From: an uncultured virus (IMG/VR IMGVR_UViG_3300043436_000583)
Taxonomy: Duplodnaviria; Heunggongvirae; Uroviricota; Caudoviricetes
Virus record (IMG/VR): IMGVR_UViG_3300043436_000583
Span: 62,001-115,851 of that record
DNA length: 53,851 bases
Direction: 5' to 3' (one strand)
This document shows, piece after piece, positions 19,535 through 29,682 of the stretch. The position numbers and the translations under genes were made by a program. Position 1 is the stretch's first letter. Each line of letters opens with the position of its first letter. The notes beneath the pieces are model-generated. The model did no database searches. It had not been told where the DNA came from and worked only from the letters and a program-made list of their open reading frames with translations.

Positions 19535-19812
19535 GTAATGATGAAAAAGTAGTAGTTTCTATTAACAGACAGCCATCTTTTACAGAGATATGGCATGAAG
19601 GCTCTGTTACGTATAATGAAACAGAATACATGTTTTGGTTAATCAATCCAAGAGGACTTGATGAACAAGGACGTGAATATGAAATGGAGATAAGATGGTG
19701 GTTTAAGCAAGTTCCAATGGAGATTAGATCTATGAGTGAACAGATTATTAAAGACTTTAAAGAAAACAGACATGATAGTCCAAACAGTACACGAGATTCT
19801 AAATCCATTTGA
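19531..19812 (+). CDS. hypothetical protein
   Basis: ATGA-coupled ORF. Confidence 0.7.
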   Translation: MSNDEKVVVSINRQPSFTEIWHEGSVTYNETEYMFWLINPRGLDEQGREYEMEIRWWFKQVPMEIRSMSEQIIKDFKENRHDSPNSTRDSKSI

Positions 19813-20050
19813 TGTAGAAGTTAAACAATTAGGATATGGTGTGGCATTGTTTATGATTGTAGGTAGTATTCATTCTAATCCTCAATTTATTGTAAGGTTT
19901 TATAACACAGGACAGCTTAGAACTGTTGATCAAAATGATCTTTCTGTGTATGGTAATCCCACTGCAGGAGAAGATTTAGTTCCAGATCCTGATGTAGTAA
20001 CTAAATTACCAGCAAATGCAAGAAGAAACACAGATTTTTTAAAAAAGTAA
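19772..20050 (+). CDS. hypothetical protein
   Basis: Likely start MIVQTV. Confidence 0.65.
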   Translation: MIVQTVHEILNPFDVEVKQLGYGVALFMIVGSIHSNPQFIVRFYNTGQLRTVDQNDLSVYGNPTAGEDLVPDPDVVTKLPANARRNTDFLKK

Positions 20051-20057
20051 AAAGAAT

Positions 20058-21101
20058 ATGATACAAGGAACAGTAAAAACAGAAGCTCAATACAGAGCAA
20101 TTTATCTAGACAGTAGTTCTAGTTTAAAGGAATTCTCCACAGACAGGAGAAAATACCATAAGAAATATATCCTTAACGAAGTAGTTGAGGATGAAGACAG
20201 TAAAGCTGCTACAATGGGCAGAATGGTGGAGACATTACTAATGGAACCACATTTATTTGATGAGAGATTTCATTTATCTACATGCATGACTACACCCACT
20301 GGTCTTATGTTAGAGTTTGTAGAAGCTTTATATAAGCACACTGCAGAAGCTACAGCTGACAATGGTACCATCACTAGAAGCTTTGAAGACTTGGCTAAGG
20401 ATGCATATGCAGATTCAGGGTTTAAGATTAAACTAGAGGCTGTGTTGACTAAGTTTATAGGATCTGAAGCTGAGATATACTACAAAGAGATTAGAGAGGT
20501 GAGAAGCAAAGGATTGACAGTGGTAGCTACACAAGATATTACAAATGCTGAGAAGATTGTAACAGAGTTAAAGACTAATCCAGTCACAGCAGACATTGTA
20601 AACTTAGTAGATGATGTACAGTATTCTGTACACAATCAGTTACAAGTGGAAGGCTATGAAGTGTTTGGACATATGTTCAAGAGCATGATGGATAAAGTGG
20701 TTGTAGATCACAAAGCAAAGAAAGTACAGGTTTATGACTTGAAATGTACATGGTCTGTAGAGAACTTCTATAATGAATACTATTTATATAGAAGAGCATA
20801 CATCCAAGGATTTTTATATCATAAAGCTGCAGAGTCTTGGGCTAGTGAAATGGGATATGGAGATTATAAAATACTCCATCCTAAGTTTATTGTCTGTGAC
20901 AGCACAAACTATATGAATCCTTTGATTTATGCAATGTCTGATATAAATATGGTGGATGCTCGTGCTGGATTTGAGCACAAAGGAAGAGAATATCCAGGTG
21001 TTGCACAACTCATTGAAGATCTTAAATGGGCTTTAGAGAATGACAAATGGAACATATCACAAGAAAACTATTTATCTAATGGCATTGTAAAACTAGGGTA
21101 A
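20058..21101 (+). CDS. PD-(D/E)XK nuclease (RecE/exonuclease VIII-like)
   Basis: DSSSSLK, KSMMDKVVVD, YDLKCT, Y..Q..LY. Confidence 0.8.
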   Translation: MIQGTVKTEAQYRAIYLDSSSSLKEFSTDRRKYHKKYILNEVVEDEDSKAATMGRMVETLLMEPHLFDERFHLSTCMTTPTGLMLEFVEALYKHTAEATADNGTITRSFEDLAKDAYADSGFKIKLEAVLTKFIGSEAEIYYKEIREVRSKGLTVVATQDITNAEKIVTELKTNPVTADIVNLVDDVQYSVHNQLQVEGYEVFGHMFKSMMDKVVVDHKAKKVQVYDLKCTWSVENFYNEYYLYRRAYIQGFLYHKAAESWASEMGYGDYKILHPKFIVCDSTNYMNPLIYAMSDINMVDARAGFEHKGREYPGVAQLIEDLKWALENDKWNISQENYLSNGIVKLG

Positions 21102-21106
21102 CACAC

Positions 21107-21658
21107 ATGGAGAGAAAACACACAATCACTAGCATATTCATTGTCCCCACTCTTAGCATTGGCAAAGATAAGTTGATAGACAATGGATTTGTAAATGGAT
21201 ATATAAAAGATGGTAAAAGAGATATACAGTATGAAAATGCTGTGTATCTTTTATTTAAGCCAACAGATTTAGATAAGTTTAGAGATTTTCTAGATGGACA
21301 ATATGAAAAAACTAAATCTATTATAGATGACTATGACTATGAAGATGGTTACGTAGTGGTTGTTTATGAAATAAATCCTAGACTTAAGAATGATATAGAA
21401 TTAGTAAAACAGGGTAAATATTCCCAAACTTCTAAGAAATTTCAGGAGATTTTCCCTAAAGTTGTTAAAATTAGAAAGAATGGATTGAGTAGAGATGAGA
21501 TATCTCTTCAATTTAGAGTCTTTAACAAAACAGAAGATCTTGTGCAATTTTGGGAAGATAAGCTAGGTGTTGAGCTTCCAGAGGACGTGGAAGTTTGGCA
21601 TGGTTTCTTTGATGAATTTGAAACATTAGACCTTGATAAAATTAAAGAATATGTATAA
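21107..21658 (+). CDS. hypothetical protein
   Basis: 183 aa; GKYS motif. Confidence 0.75.
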   Translation: MERKHTITSIFIVPTLSIGKDKLIDNGFVNGYIKDGKRDIQYENAVYLLFKPTDLDKFRDFLDGQYEKTKSIIDDYDYEDGYVVVVYEINPRLKNDIELVKQGKYSQTSKKFQEIFPKVVKIRKNGLSRDEISLQFRVFNKTEDLVQFWEDKLGVELPEDVEVWHGFFDEFETLDLDKIKEYV

Positions 21659-21857
21659 CAGTGAAATACTAGACCATCTAATCAGTAAATATGGTATAGA
21701 TGATGTAATTAAATTCTGTGACATGGAGAGCGAAAAGAATTCTCTCCTAGCAGGATCAGTAGACAAAGACAAGCAGCACCATCCAGAACCTAACGAATGG
21801 AAGTTTGAGAGAGACTGGTGGGCTCAATCAGGTAAACAATTAAAAAGCAGAATATGA
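21651..21857 (+). CDS. hypothetical protein
   Basis: Operon ORF. Confidence 0.65.
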   Translation: MYNSEILDHLISKYGIDDVIKFCDMESEKNSLLAGSVDKDKQHHPEPNEWKFERDWWAQSGKQLKSRI

Positions 21858-22207
21858 CAGGACTAGAATTATTAGAAGCCTATCCTAAGGCAGCTAAAGT
21901 TATCAACGAATTCTATCGTAGTAAAATGATGAATTCAATGGAAACTGATGATGTACCAGATGAGTTCAAAGAAATGTTGAAAGAACAAGAGTTTGATAAT
22001 CAATACATTGCAACGTTTATAGATTCAAGTCCTAGATTTTTGTTTGATGTATTTGATGATCATGAAATATATATTAATATTAGTGCACCTAAGTTTTCTT
22101 TTTCTATTGGTACTGGAGGTGTAATTTCTGGAACTTTGAAAACTAGAAAAGAAGCTGAGAAAGCAGCTATAGAACATGCATTTCAACTTTTAAATGATAA
22201 GTTATGA
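21854..22207 (+). CDS. hypothetical protein
   Basis: ATGA-coupled ORF. Confidence 0.7.
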   Translation: MTGLELLEAYPKAAKVINEFYRSKMMNSMETDDVPDEFKEMLKEQEFDNQYIATFIDSSPRFLFDVFDDHEIYINISAPKFSFSIGTGGVISGTLKTRKEAEKAAIEHAFQLLNDKL

Positions 22208-22455
22208 GTGACCAAATAGTATTGGAGGTGATAGAGAAGTATGCTCAGCGTAGTGAGATAGGGATAGCCAAGTATGGCACCACTCTACAGACTAACAATA
22301 AGGATAATTATCTTAAGCACCTACAGGAAGAACTGATGGATGCCACACTTTATTTACAGAAGTTAATGACTTTGAATAAGGAAATAACTAAATTAGTTAA
22401 AGATCATTCCAATGATGCAGAACTTGGTTACAAAATAAGAGATTTAGTTAAGTAG
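22204..22455 (+). CDS. putative MazG-like all-alpha NTP pyrophosphatase
   Basis: G..KYG.TL and HLQEELMDA..Y motifs. Confidence 0.55.
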   Translation: MSDQIVLEVIEKYAQRSEIGIAKYGTTLQTNNKDNYLKHLQEELMDATLYLQKLMTLNKEITKLVKDHSNDAELGYKIRDLVK

Positions 22456-22539
22456 AATTTTCAAAATGTCTTGGTTTGTATGAAGGGCTGTTGTATATTC
22501 GCAGCCCTTCATTTTTTAACTAATAAAACACAAATTAAC

Positions 22540-24396
22540 ATGGATTTAGGATTAGAAGCCTTGAGCAAAATTACCATTTTTAGTAAGTACGCAAAGTACA
22601 TCCCTGAACTAAAAAGAAGAGAGACATGGGACGAGATAGTAGACAGATATGAGAACATGATGGTTAAGAAGTATCCTAATCTAGAGACACAAATCAAAGA
22701 CAGTGCTACATTCATCAGAAAGAAGAAAGTCTTACCTTCTATGAGAGCTCTTCAGTTTGCAGGACCTGCAGCTGAGGTGAACAACTCACGCATTTACAAC
22801 TGTTGTTTCCTACCAATTGATAGTGTTCATAGCTTCAGTGAGACTATGTTCCTATTATTAGGAGGTACAGGAGTGGGTTATTCTGTACAGAAGCACCACG
22901 TAGACCAACTACCTACAATTATTAAGCATGAGCGTTACAAGAACAGAAACTGGCTTATTGAAGACAGTATTATGGGCTGGGCTGATGCTGTGAAGGTCTT
23001 GATGAAGTTCTATTTTGAGGGTGGTCTTAAGCCTAAGTTTGACTTTAGAGCTATTAGACACAAAGGAGCACGATTAGTGACAGCTGGTGGTAAAGCACCT
23101 GGTCCTGAGCCATTAAAGATTTGTCTAGCACATATTGATGCTATTATGGAGCGTAAAGAACATGGATCAAAGCTTACACCATTAGAGTCTCACGATATCT
23201 TATGTTACATTGCTAACTCTGTATTAGCTGGTGGTATTAGAAGATCAGCAATGATTGCTCTATTTAGTCATGATGATGAAGAGATGATTACATGTAAGTA
23301 TGGTAACTGGTGGGAACTAAACGAACAACGTGGTAGAGCTAATAACTCTGCAGTTCTTAAGAGAGGTGAGACATCACAGGAAGAGTTTGTAAGCTTATGG
23401 AAGCGTATTGAAGCATCAGGAAGTGGTGAACCAGGTATCTATTGGTCTAATGACCTAGATTGGGGAACTAATCCTTGTTGTGAGATTGGATTACGTCCAT
23501 ATCAGTTCTGTAACCTGTGTGAAGTGAATGTATCTGACATCACATGTCAGGAAGATCTTAATGATAGAGTGACAGCAGCTGCATTCTTTGGTACATTACA
23601 GGCAGGATTTACAGACTTTCACTACCTACGTGATGTATGGAAGATGACAACCTTTAAAGACGCTCTATTAGGCATAGGAATGACTGGTATTGCTTCTGGA
23701 GAAGTATTGAAATACAATCTAGAAGTGGCAGCAGCTGTTGCTAAGAAGACAAATCAATTAATCACTGAGATTATTGGCACCAACGAAGCAGCTCGTATTA
23801 CATGTATCAAACCTTCAGGAACTACATCATTAGTCTTAGGTACAGCAAGTGGTATCCATGCTTGGCATGCTCCTTACTATCTACGTACAATGAGATTTAA
23901 CAAGAGTGAAGACCTTGCACAATACTTGATGATCAATCACCCAGAGTTGTGTGAAGATGATGTATTACGTCCTACAGATACTTTATGTGTACGTATTCCT
24001 GTTAAAGCTCCTAATGATTCTATTCTACGTACAGAGACAGCAATTAATACGCTAGAGCGTGTTAAGAGATTCTCTACAGAATGGGTAAAATCAGGACATA
24101 TTAATGGTGCTAATACACATAACGTCTCAGCAACAATATCTGTCAAAGAAGGAGAATGGGAAACTGTAGGAGATTGGATGTGGAATGAACAGGAACATTA
24201 TAATGGTCTTTCTGTATTACCAGCCTTTGATCACACATATAAACAAGCTCCATTCGAGGACATTACAGAAGAACAATACAATGTACGCATTAACACATTG
24301 AAAGCCATAGACTTAAACAAGGTGATGGAGATTGATGACAATGTTGAGTTTAGTCAAGTGGCAGCTTGTGCTGGTGGTGCTTGTGAAATACAATAA
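22540..24396 (+). CDS. nrdJ: class II (B12-dependent, monomeric RTPR-type) ribonucleotide reductase
   Basis: RRETW, PSMR, YNC, GGIRRSA, TNPCCEI, KPSGT, C-terminal ACAGGACE. Confidence 0.92.
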   Translation: MDLGLEALSKITIFSKYAKYIPELKRRETWDEIVDRYENMMVKKYPNLETQIKDSATFIRKKKVLPSMRALQFAGPAAEVNNSRIYNCCFLPIDSVHSFSETMFLLLGGTGVGYSVQKHHVDQLPTIIKHERYKNRNWLIEDSIMGWADAVKVLMKFYFEGGLKPKFDFRAIRHKGARLVTAGGKAPGPEPLKICLAHIDAIMERKEHGSKLTPLESHDILCYIANSVLAGGIRRSAMIALFSHDDEEMITCKYGNWWELNEQRGRANNSAVLKRGETSQEEFVSLWKRIEASGSGEPGIYWSNDLDWGTNPCCEIGLRPYQFCNLCEVNVSDITCQEDLNDRVTAAAFFGTLQAGFTDFHYLRDVWKMTTFKDALLGIGMTGIASGEVLKYNLEVAAAVAKKTNQLITEIIGTNEAARITCIKPSGTTSLVLGTASGIHAWHAPYYLRTMRFNKSEDLAQYLMINHPELCEDDVLRPTDTLCVRIPVKAPNDSILRTETAINTLERVKRFSTEWVKSGHINGANTHNVSATISVKEGEWETVGDWMWNEQEHYNGLSVLPAFDHTYKQAPFEDITEEQYNVRINTLKAIDLNKVMEIDDNVEFSQVAACAGGACEIQ

Positions 24397-24397
24397 T

Positions 24398-24577
24398 ATG
24401 GAAAAGAAAGAATTCATAAAAGATGTTGATTATTATCTTGAAGATGGTTTTGTAGTCTTTACAGAGAAGTATCATATAGAAAAAGGAGAGTGCTGTGGTA
24501 ATGATTGCAGACACTGTCCATATGAGAAACCTGCTATAAAAGGCAACAAAATGTTAGTAGATGATAAAATAAGATAA
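24398..24577 (+). CDS. small Cys-rich protein (DUF5522-like)
   Basis: GECCGNDCRHCPY. Confidence 0.75.
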   Translation: MEKKEFIKDVDYYLEDGFVVFTEKYHIEKGECCGNDCRHCPYEKPAIKGNKMLVDDKIR

Positions 24578-24642
24578 AATAGTTTGCGTGTATATGCATA
24601 AGTATGCGTATGTTTGCATCTCTGTTTTTCGTTAATTGTGTC

Positions 24643-24679
24643 AGCCCCTGGGATTTCTATCTTGGGGGCTTTATTTTTT
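24643..24679 (+). terminator. intrinsic terminator
   Basis: agcccctgggat/atcttgggggct stem followed by T-rich tract. Confidence 0.7.
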
Positions 24680-24714
24680 AACGAAAAAAGTATGGAAATA
24701 TCAGAGAAAAGTAG

Positions 24715-24722
24715 TAAATTTG
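24715..24722 (+). promoter_or_regulatory. -7 box TAAATTTG upstream of recA
   Basis: TAnnTTTG match after a terminator. Confidence 0.6.
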
Positions 24723-24740
24723 TATACAAAATTAACAATT

Positions 24741-25772
24741 ATGGCGAAAGCAGTAAAACAACCAACAGACAGTGGTGTCTCTAAACTCCAAGACGCTTTG
24801 GATAAATTAAACAAAGCATATGGTACAGGTACAGTGTTATCATTAGATTCAAAAACAGATGGACATTATGATGTTATCAGTACAGGTTCAATTGGATTTG
24901 ATTGGACTACATTAGGAACAGGAGGATTTGTAAAAGGTAAGATGTATGAACTAATGGGATGGGAAGGTTCAGGCAAATCTACAATTTGTGGTCATGCAGT
25001 TGCTGAATGTCAAAAGGCAGGAGGCAGAGTAGTTTACATTGATGGCGAGCATGCTGTTGATAAAAACTATTTTGAAGCAATTGGTGTAGACACAACCAAG
25101 ATGTTAATTGCTCAACCAAGTTGTGGTGAGGAAGGTTTTAACATTGCAATGGATATGATTGCTACAGGAGAAGTTGATTTAATTATCATTGACTCAGATA
25201 GTTCTTTACTACCTAAGAAAGTTATTGATGGTGAAGTGGGTGACAGTGCAATTGGTAAGAAGGCTGTGTTAAATAACAATGCCTATCCAAAACTAAAAGG
25301 TGCCCTATCACAACACAATGTATGTGTGATTGTCATCTCTCAATATCGTGAGAAGATTGGTGTGATGTTTGGTAATCCAACAACCACACAAGGTGGACAT
25401 GCATTGAAGTTCTACACAGATGTAAGAATTGAGGTGAGCAAAACTGGTGCCAAGGATGGTGATGTACAATATGGTAATTTCACTAAGGTGAAAGCTATTA
25501 AGAATAAGATGAGTCCTCCATATAAACTATCTACATTTGAGATTGTGTATGGTGTAGGTATTGATAAAGTGAAAGAGATTATGGAACTTCTTAATGAGTT
25601 TGAACTTGGTAGAAAATATGGTAAGACTATGACATTTAATGATATTAAATATGACTTAGATGACTTTAAAAGAATGCTTGTTGATAATGAGGAATTCTAT
25701 AATGAAATCAAACAAAGCATTATTAATAAGATTAAACAACCTAAAATTGAATTAGCAGATGTTGAAGATTAA
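24741..25772 (+). CDS. recA: RecA recombinase
   Basis: GWEGSGKST, YIDGEHA, IGVMFGNPTTTQGGHALKFY, KNK. Confidence 0.95.
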   Translation: MAKAVKQPTDSGVSKLQDALDKLNKAYGTGTVLSLDSKTDGHYDVISTGSIGFDWTTLGTGGFVKGKMYELMGWEGSGKSTICGHAVAECQKAGGRVVYIDGEHAVDKNYFEAIGVDTTKMLIAQPSCGEEGFNIAMDMIATGEVDLIIIDSDSSLLPKKVIDGEVGDSAIGKKAVLNNNAYPKLKGALSQHNVCVIVISQYREKIGVMFGNPTTTQGGHALKFYTDVRIEVSKTGAKDGDVQYGNFTKVKAIKNKMSPPYKLSTFEIVYGVGIDKVKEIMELLNEFELGRKYGKTMTFNDIKYDLDDFKRMLVDNEEFYNEIKQSIINKIKQPKIELADVED

Positions 25773-26211
25773 ACTACAAAAGACAACAGAGGATGCAAAC
25801 ATGCCATTTAAAGCATCCTCTGATGCTGCTTGCTATGATGTATATGCTCATAGCATTATCAGTAAAGAAGAAGGTAAAGTACATGTAGGACTTGGATTTA
25901 AAACTGAAATCCCTAAGGGATATAAAGGCATTCTAGTTCCACGCAGTAACTTAACTAAATACTTTTGGATGATGAACAACTCCTTTGGTGTAATTGATGC
26001 TGATTACAGAGGAGAGTGGATGGCAATATTTACACAAATTCCTGTTCCTTTAGGTTCTCATGAAGGCAAAACATCATTTCCTTACAATGTAGGTGATAGA
26101 GTGGGTCAAATATTCTTTGAACCTGTAATACCTATATCTTTTGAAGTGGTGCCTGAGCTAGAGCAATCTGATAGAGGTGAAGGAGGATTTGGTTCAACTG
26201 GTTTGAAATGA
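25759..26211 (+). CDS. dut: trimeric dUTPase
   Basis: AACYD, PRS, GVIDADYRGE, RGEGGFGSTG. Confidence 0.95.
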   Translation: MLKIKLQKTTEDANMPFKASSDAACYDVYAHSIISKEEGKVHVGLGFKTEIPKGYKGILVPRSNLTKYFWMMNNSFGVIDADYRGEWMAIFTQIPVPLGSHEGKTSFPYNVGDRVGQIFFEPVIPISFEVVPELEQSDRGEGGFGSTGLK

Positions 26212-26603
26212 GTAAATGCAAAACCTGTGGTAAAAACTGTGAAGGAGACTATTGTTTTCAGCACAAGCCTAGAAAACCTCTAAAAGCTACTAGTGGATTT
26301 ACAAAATCTGTCAAGAAAGAAGACCCAATTCGAAAGAATATAGAGATGAAGGACTTTTTCTTACAGATTTGGAAAGATAGACCCCATAAATCTGAGATTA
26401 GTGGATTGCCTTTAGGATCTGAGCCTTTGTCAACGTTCTTTCATCACATTCTACCAAAAAATAAATATCTAGAAGCTTCTTTAGATGAAGAAAATATCAT
26501 ACTTTTGACGTGGGAAGAACATGACCAGGTAGAAAATGATACAACTAGGTACGAAGAAGTAAACAAAAGACGTGAACAATTAAAGAAAAAGTATGATATA
26601 TAG
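26208..26603 (+). CDS. putative HNH/NinG-like nuclease
   Basis: N-terminal CxxC..C..H; FHHILPK...ENIILL...EH. Confidence 0.6.
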   Translation: MSKCKTCGKNCEGDYCFQHKPRKPLKATSGFTKSVKKEDPIRKNIEMKDFFLQIWKDRPHKSEISGLPLGSEPLSTFFHHILPKNKYLEASLDEENIILLTWEEHDQVENDTTRYEEVNKRREQLKKKYDI

Positions 26604-27012
26604 ACTATTATTACTAATTATCCTGTTTTCAGGATGTTCTTCTGAAACATTTACAAGATATCAAGTGTACACCCTTGGAGGAGATACATTTGATATTGAT
26701 GTCATTGTCCTGATTACAGAAGATGTAGAGTTTGCTACTAAGTTTGTAAAAGATAACTTAGATTCTACAGTGACAATCCAAGACTTTGATGCTAGAGCTG
26801 TATCCTTTCCTACAGATGCAGGAAGATCTCCTATTATATGGATGGCTACCACAGATGATCAGGGTGTCATAGCACATGAGATATTCCACACTACTTTGAA
26901 CATAATGTATTGGGCAGGTATGGAGCTTAACTCAGAGACAGAAGAAGCATTTGCATATGAGGTGCAGCATTTAACCAATTCTTTTTACAACCAAATAAAT
27001 AAAATACAATGA
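26593..27012 (+). CDS. zincin-like metallopeptidase, possible lipoprotein
   Basis: IAHEIFH...EEAFAY; N-terminal FSGC lipobox-like motif. Confidence 0.65.
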   Translation: MIYRLLLLIILFSGCSSETFTRYQVYTLGGDTFDIDVIVLITEDVEFATKFVKDNLDSTVTIQDFDARAVSFPTDAGRSPIIWMATTDDQGVIAHEIFHTTLNIMYWAGMELNSETEEAFAYEVQHLTNSFYNQINKIQ

Positions 27013-27272
27013 GTTTATTCTTTTACACAAGAGAAGTAGATGGAAAGATCTACACAGACAGTTTTAACATTAACAAGGTAGTTAGATCTATGCAATTAGA
27101 AGATAACAAAGTAATCCTTGTATTAGATGACATACATGAGCGTGCTGAGCAAGTACCTGATGTTAAAAATGGTAAAGTGGTTGGTTCCAAAAGAGAACGT
27201 AACACTTTCCAAACAGAAATCACTTTAACTGGTGAAGATATTACAAGATTCCATAACCTAGCAAATAAATAA
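27009..27272 (+). CDS. hypothetical protein
   Basis: ATGA-coupled ORF. Confidence 0.75.
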   Translation: MSLFFYTREVDGKIYTDSFNINKVVRSMQLEDNKVILVLDDIHERAEQVPDVKNGKVVGSKRERNTFQTEITLTGEDITRFHNLANK

Positions 27273-27273
27273 T

Positions 27274-27555
27274 ATGAAATTATTAGGAAATCGCATCTAT
27301 TTAGAGATGCCTATTCAAGAAGAAGAAAACAAGATTGTTGTAGATGAGAACACTAAAGAAGCATTACAAAGAGAAATGCTTAAGAAGTTTTCTAAGCTAA
27401 AAGTACACACAGTGGGTGATATTGTAACTACAATAAAAGCAGGAGATGTAGTTTTGGTAGATCCAGGTACATTAACAAAAGCTCCATTAGTTAACCTATC
27501 AGAGGATGAACAAGTATTACTAGTTTCTCCATTTGATGTTATAATGATCTGGTAA
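27274..27555 (+). CDS. GroES-like co-chaperonin
   Basis: KLLGNRIYLE...VHTVGD.V..IKAGDVVLV...DVI. Confidence 0.7.
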   Translation: MKLLGNRIYLEMPIQEEENKIVVDENTKEALQREMLKKFSKLKVHTVGDIVTTIKAGDVVLVDPGTLTKAPLVNLSEDEQVLLVSPFDVIMIW

Positions 27556-27556
27556 T

Positions 27557-28303
27557 ATGAACCATCCATTTATATCATGTAAATGCATAACATATGGAAG
27601 AGTAGCCACGCTTGAGGAGAGTATTGAATCTTTCCTCAAGCAGGATTACCCTGCAGATAAATGTGAACTTATCATAGTAAATGATTATCCCTTACAAACC
27701 CTTATATTTGAGCATCCTCAAGTTAAGGTAGTTAACCTAGTTAAGACCTTTGAGACCATAGGAGAGAAAGAAAACTATGCCACAGAGTTGTGCCAAGGAG
27801 ATATTATATGTCAATGGGATGATGATGACGTGGCTCTACCAAACCATCTAAAGAATGTAGCTAAATACATGACAGAAGAAGTTAACATACTTCATTGGCA
27901 AACAGGTGTGCTGTGTCATGTTACAGGTATTGAGAATGTTGGTTGGATAGGTAACTCTGGTATTGTCTTTAGAAAAGCAGCTTGGAAAGCAATAGGAGGA
28001 CATCCTCTTGAAAATGCTGGATATGATATGACTTTTATAGAAACCTTACATAAATATGGAGGTAGGCTATTTGCCAATCCACCTAAAGAAGAAGCTAGTT
28101 GGTTTTATATGTGGGGAGGACGTGGTTATCATATGAGTGGACAAGGTCATGATAAACCTGGTAAACTTAATGCTATTCAAAGACATAGTGCTCACATTGA
28201 ACTGGAAAGAGTTATGGGAAGAGTTCCTACAGGAAATGTTCATCTTAATCCTTGTTGGGAAAAAAACTACACAGATTTATTAAAGAAATATTTAAACTTA
28301 TAA
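27557..28303 (+). CDS. glycosyltransferase family 2
   Basis: ITYGR...ESFLKQDY..ELIIVND, QWDDDD. Confidence 0.85.
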   Translation: MNHPFISCKCITYGRVATLEESIESFLKQDYPADKCELIIVNDYPLQTLIFEHPQVKVVNLVKTFETIGEKENYATELCQGDIICQWDDDDVALPNHLKNVAKYMTEEVNILHWQTGVLCHVTGIENVGWIGNSGIVFRKAAWKAIGGHPLENAGYDMTFIETLHKYGGRLFANPPKEEASWFYMWGGRGYHMSGQGHDKPGKLNAIQRHSAHIELERVMGRVPTGNVHLNPCWEKNYTDLLKKYLNL

Positions 28304-28304
28304 A

Positions 28305-28841
28305 ATGGCACACACAGAACAGAGAGAATTCATGACAAGTGTAAAGGAAAAGTTTCCTGAAAAGTTTGTCAATTGCAGAGTGTTAGACATTGGTTCATTA
28401 GATATTAATGGAAACAATAGATATCTGTTTACAGATTATACATATGTTGGTGTAGATATTGGTGAAGGAGAAAATGTAGACGTTGTATCTAGAGGACATG
28501 AATTTAAAGACTCTGAGGGATTTGATATTGTTATATCATCAGAATGTTTTGAACATGATGAATTCTGGAAGGATACTATTAAAAACTGCATAAACCTAAC
28601 TAAACCAGGAGGAATATTCTTATTTAGTTGTGCTACAACAGGAAGACCTGAACATGGTACCAAGAGAACTACTCCTCAAGACTCTCCATTTACATCCTTA
28701 ATAGAAAATGATTATTACATGAATCTTACAGAACAAGATATTCGTAAAGAGATAGATATGGAAAATCATTTCTCACAGCATCAGTTTATCACTAGAGAAA
28801 TATGGCCTCAGGATTTGTATTTTTGGGGATTAGCTCGTTAA
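28305..28841 (+). CDS. class I SAM-dependent methyltransferase
   Basis: VLDIGSLDING, FDIVISSECFEH, KPGG. Confidence 0.88.
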   Translation: MAHTEQREFMTSVKEKFPEKFVNCRVLDIGSLDINGNNRYLFTDYTYVGVDIGEGENVDVVSRGHEFKDSEGFDIVISSECFEHDEFWKDTIKNCINLTKPGGIFLFSCATTGRPEHGTKRTTPQDSPFTSLIENDYYMNLTEQDIRKEIDMENHFSQHQFITREIWPQDLYFWGLAR

Positions 28842-29682
28842 CATCAAAGACCCTGATTGTATTATCCCCATAGTTTGTTATAGCTATCTTATTGTTCTTA
28901 TAATCAATACCATGTGGAAAGTTAAATCCACTTATGCGTTTTTCAATGTGTAGTTTATTGTCTACATATTTAAAATGCAACACTGTATCATCTCCTTGAA
29001 CAGTAATGAATCCATCTTCTCCATTTACAACAATAGAGTCTGTTTGTCCATGGAATGTAGCTTCATCTATCTTCTCAAGTGTGTTCTTATCAAACGCATA
29101 TACAATTGATTCTTTTATAACTGTTGTCTGTCCTATTTGAGGAAGACTGGCTGCACAGACAATGAACAACACATCTCCTACAATACATACATCTTTAGGA
29201 TAGTGTTGAAAATTATTAAAACGTTTAATGATTTTATTACTAGTCACATCTATAAATAATAATCCTCTGTTGTCATCACTATTAGATGTTATGATGATAG
29301 TTTTATCATCTATTATACAGCACCCATGGGCTTTTGTATTTATAAGAGCAATTTCTTTTCTAAATACAATCTTTCCATCTATAAAATCATATATAGAAGC
29401 ATGTCCATTAGGCTCTCCATGAGGATAGTCTGATGTTAAAATGACACCATCTTTGTATTTCATAAGATCTGGAGAATGTCTTGTCTTTATCTCTTGAAGA
29501 ATATTATGTCCTTCTGCAGTTATTTCCACTAAATAAAGCTTTCTACTGTTAAATGCAGCTGAGACAAACAATGTGTCAGTGATGAAAGCCACAGCTGTAG
29601 CTGTTGAGAATCTCTTTCTATTACCTATAGTCACCTCTGGAGCAATTGTTAGCTCCTTTCTAGGCATTTCAATCTTTATCAT
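28792..29682 (-). CDS. putative beta-propeller protein
   Basis: Repeated blades (HSPD, AHGC, YPKD, FPHGID); overlaps the convergent methyltransferase gene. Confidence 0.55.
   Translation of the reverse strand: MIKIEMPRKELTIAPEVTIGNRKRFSTATAVAFITDTLFVSAAFNSRKLYLVEITAEGHNILQEIKTRHSPDLMKYKDGVILTSDYPHGEPNGHASIYDFIDGKIVFRKEIALINTKAHGCCIIDDKTIIITSNSDDNRGLLFIDVTSNKIIKRFNNFQHYPKDVCIVGDVLFIVCAASLPQIGQTTVIKESIVYAFDKNTLEKIDEATFHGQTDSIVVNGEDGFITVQGDDTVLHFKYVDNKLHIEKRISGFNFPHGIDYKNNKIAITNYGDNTIRVFDVNELIPKNTNPEAIFL

Noticed and set aside
757..23000. Numerous minus-strand ORFs within the + strand replication module
   Set aside because: Antisense shadows of well-supported genes, with no recognisable motifs
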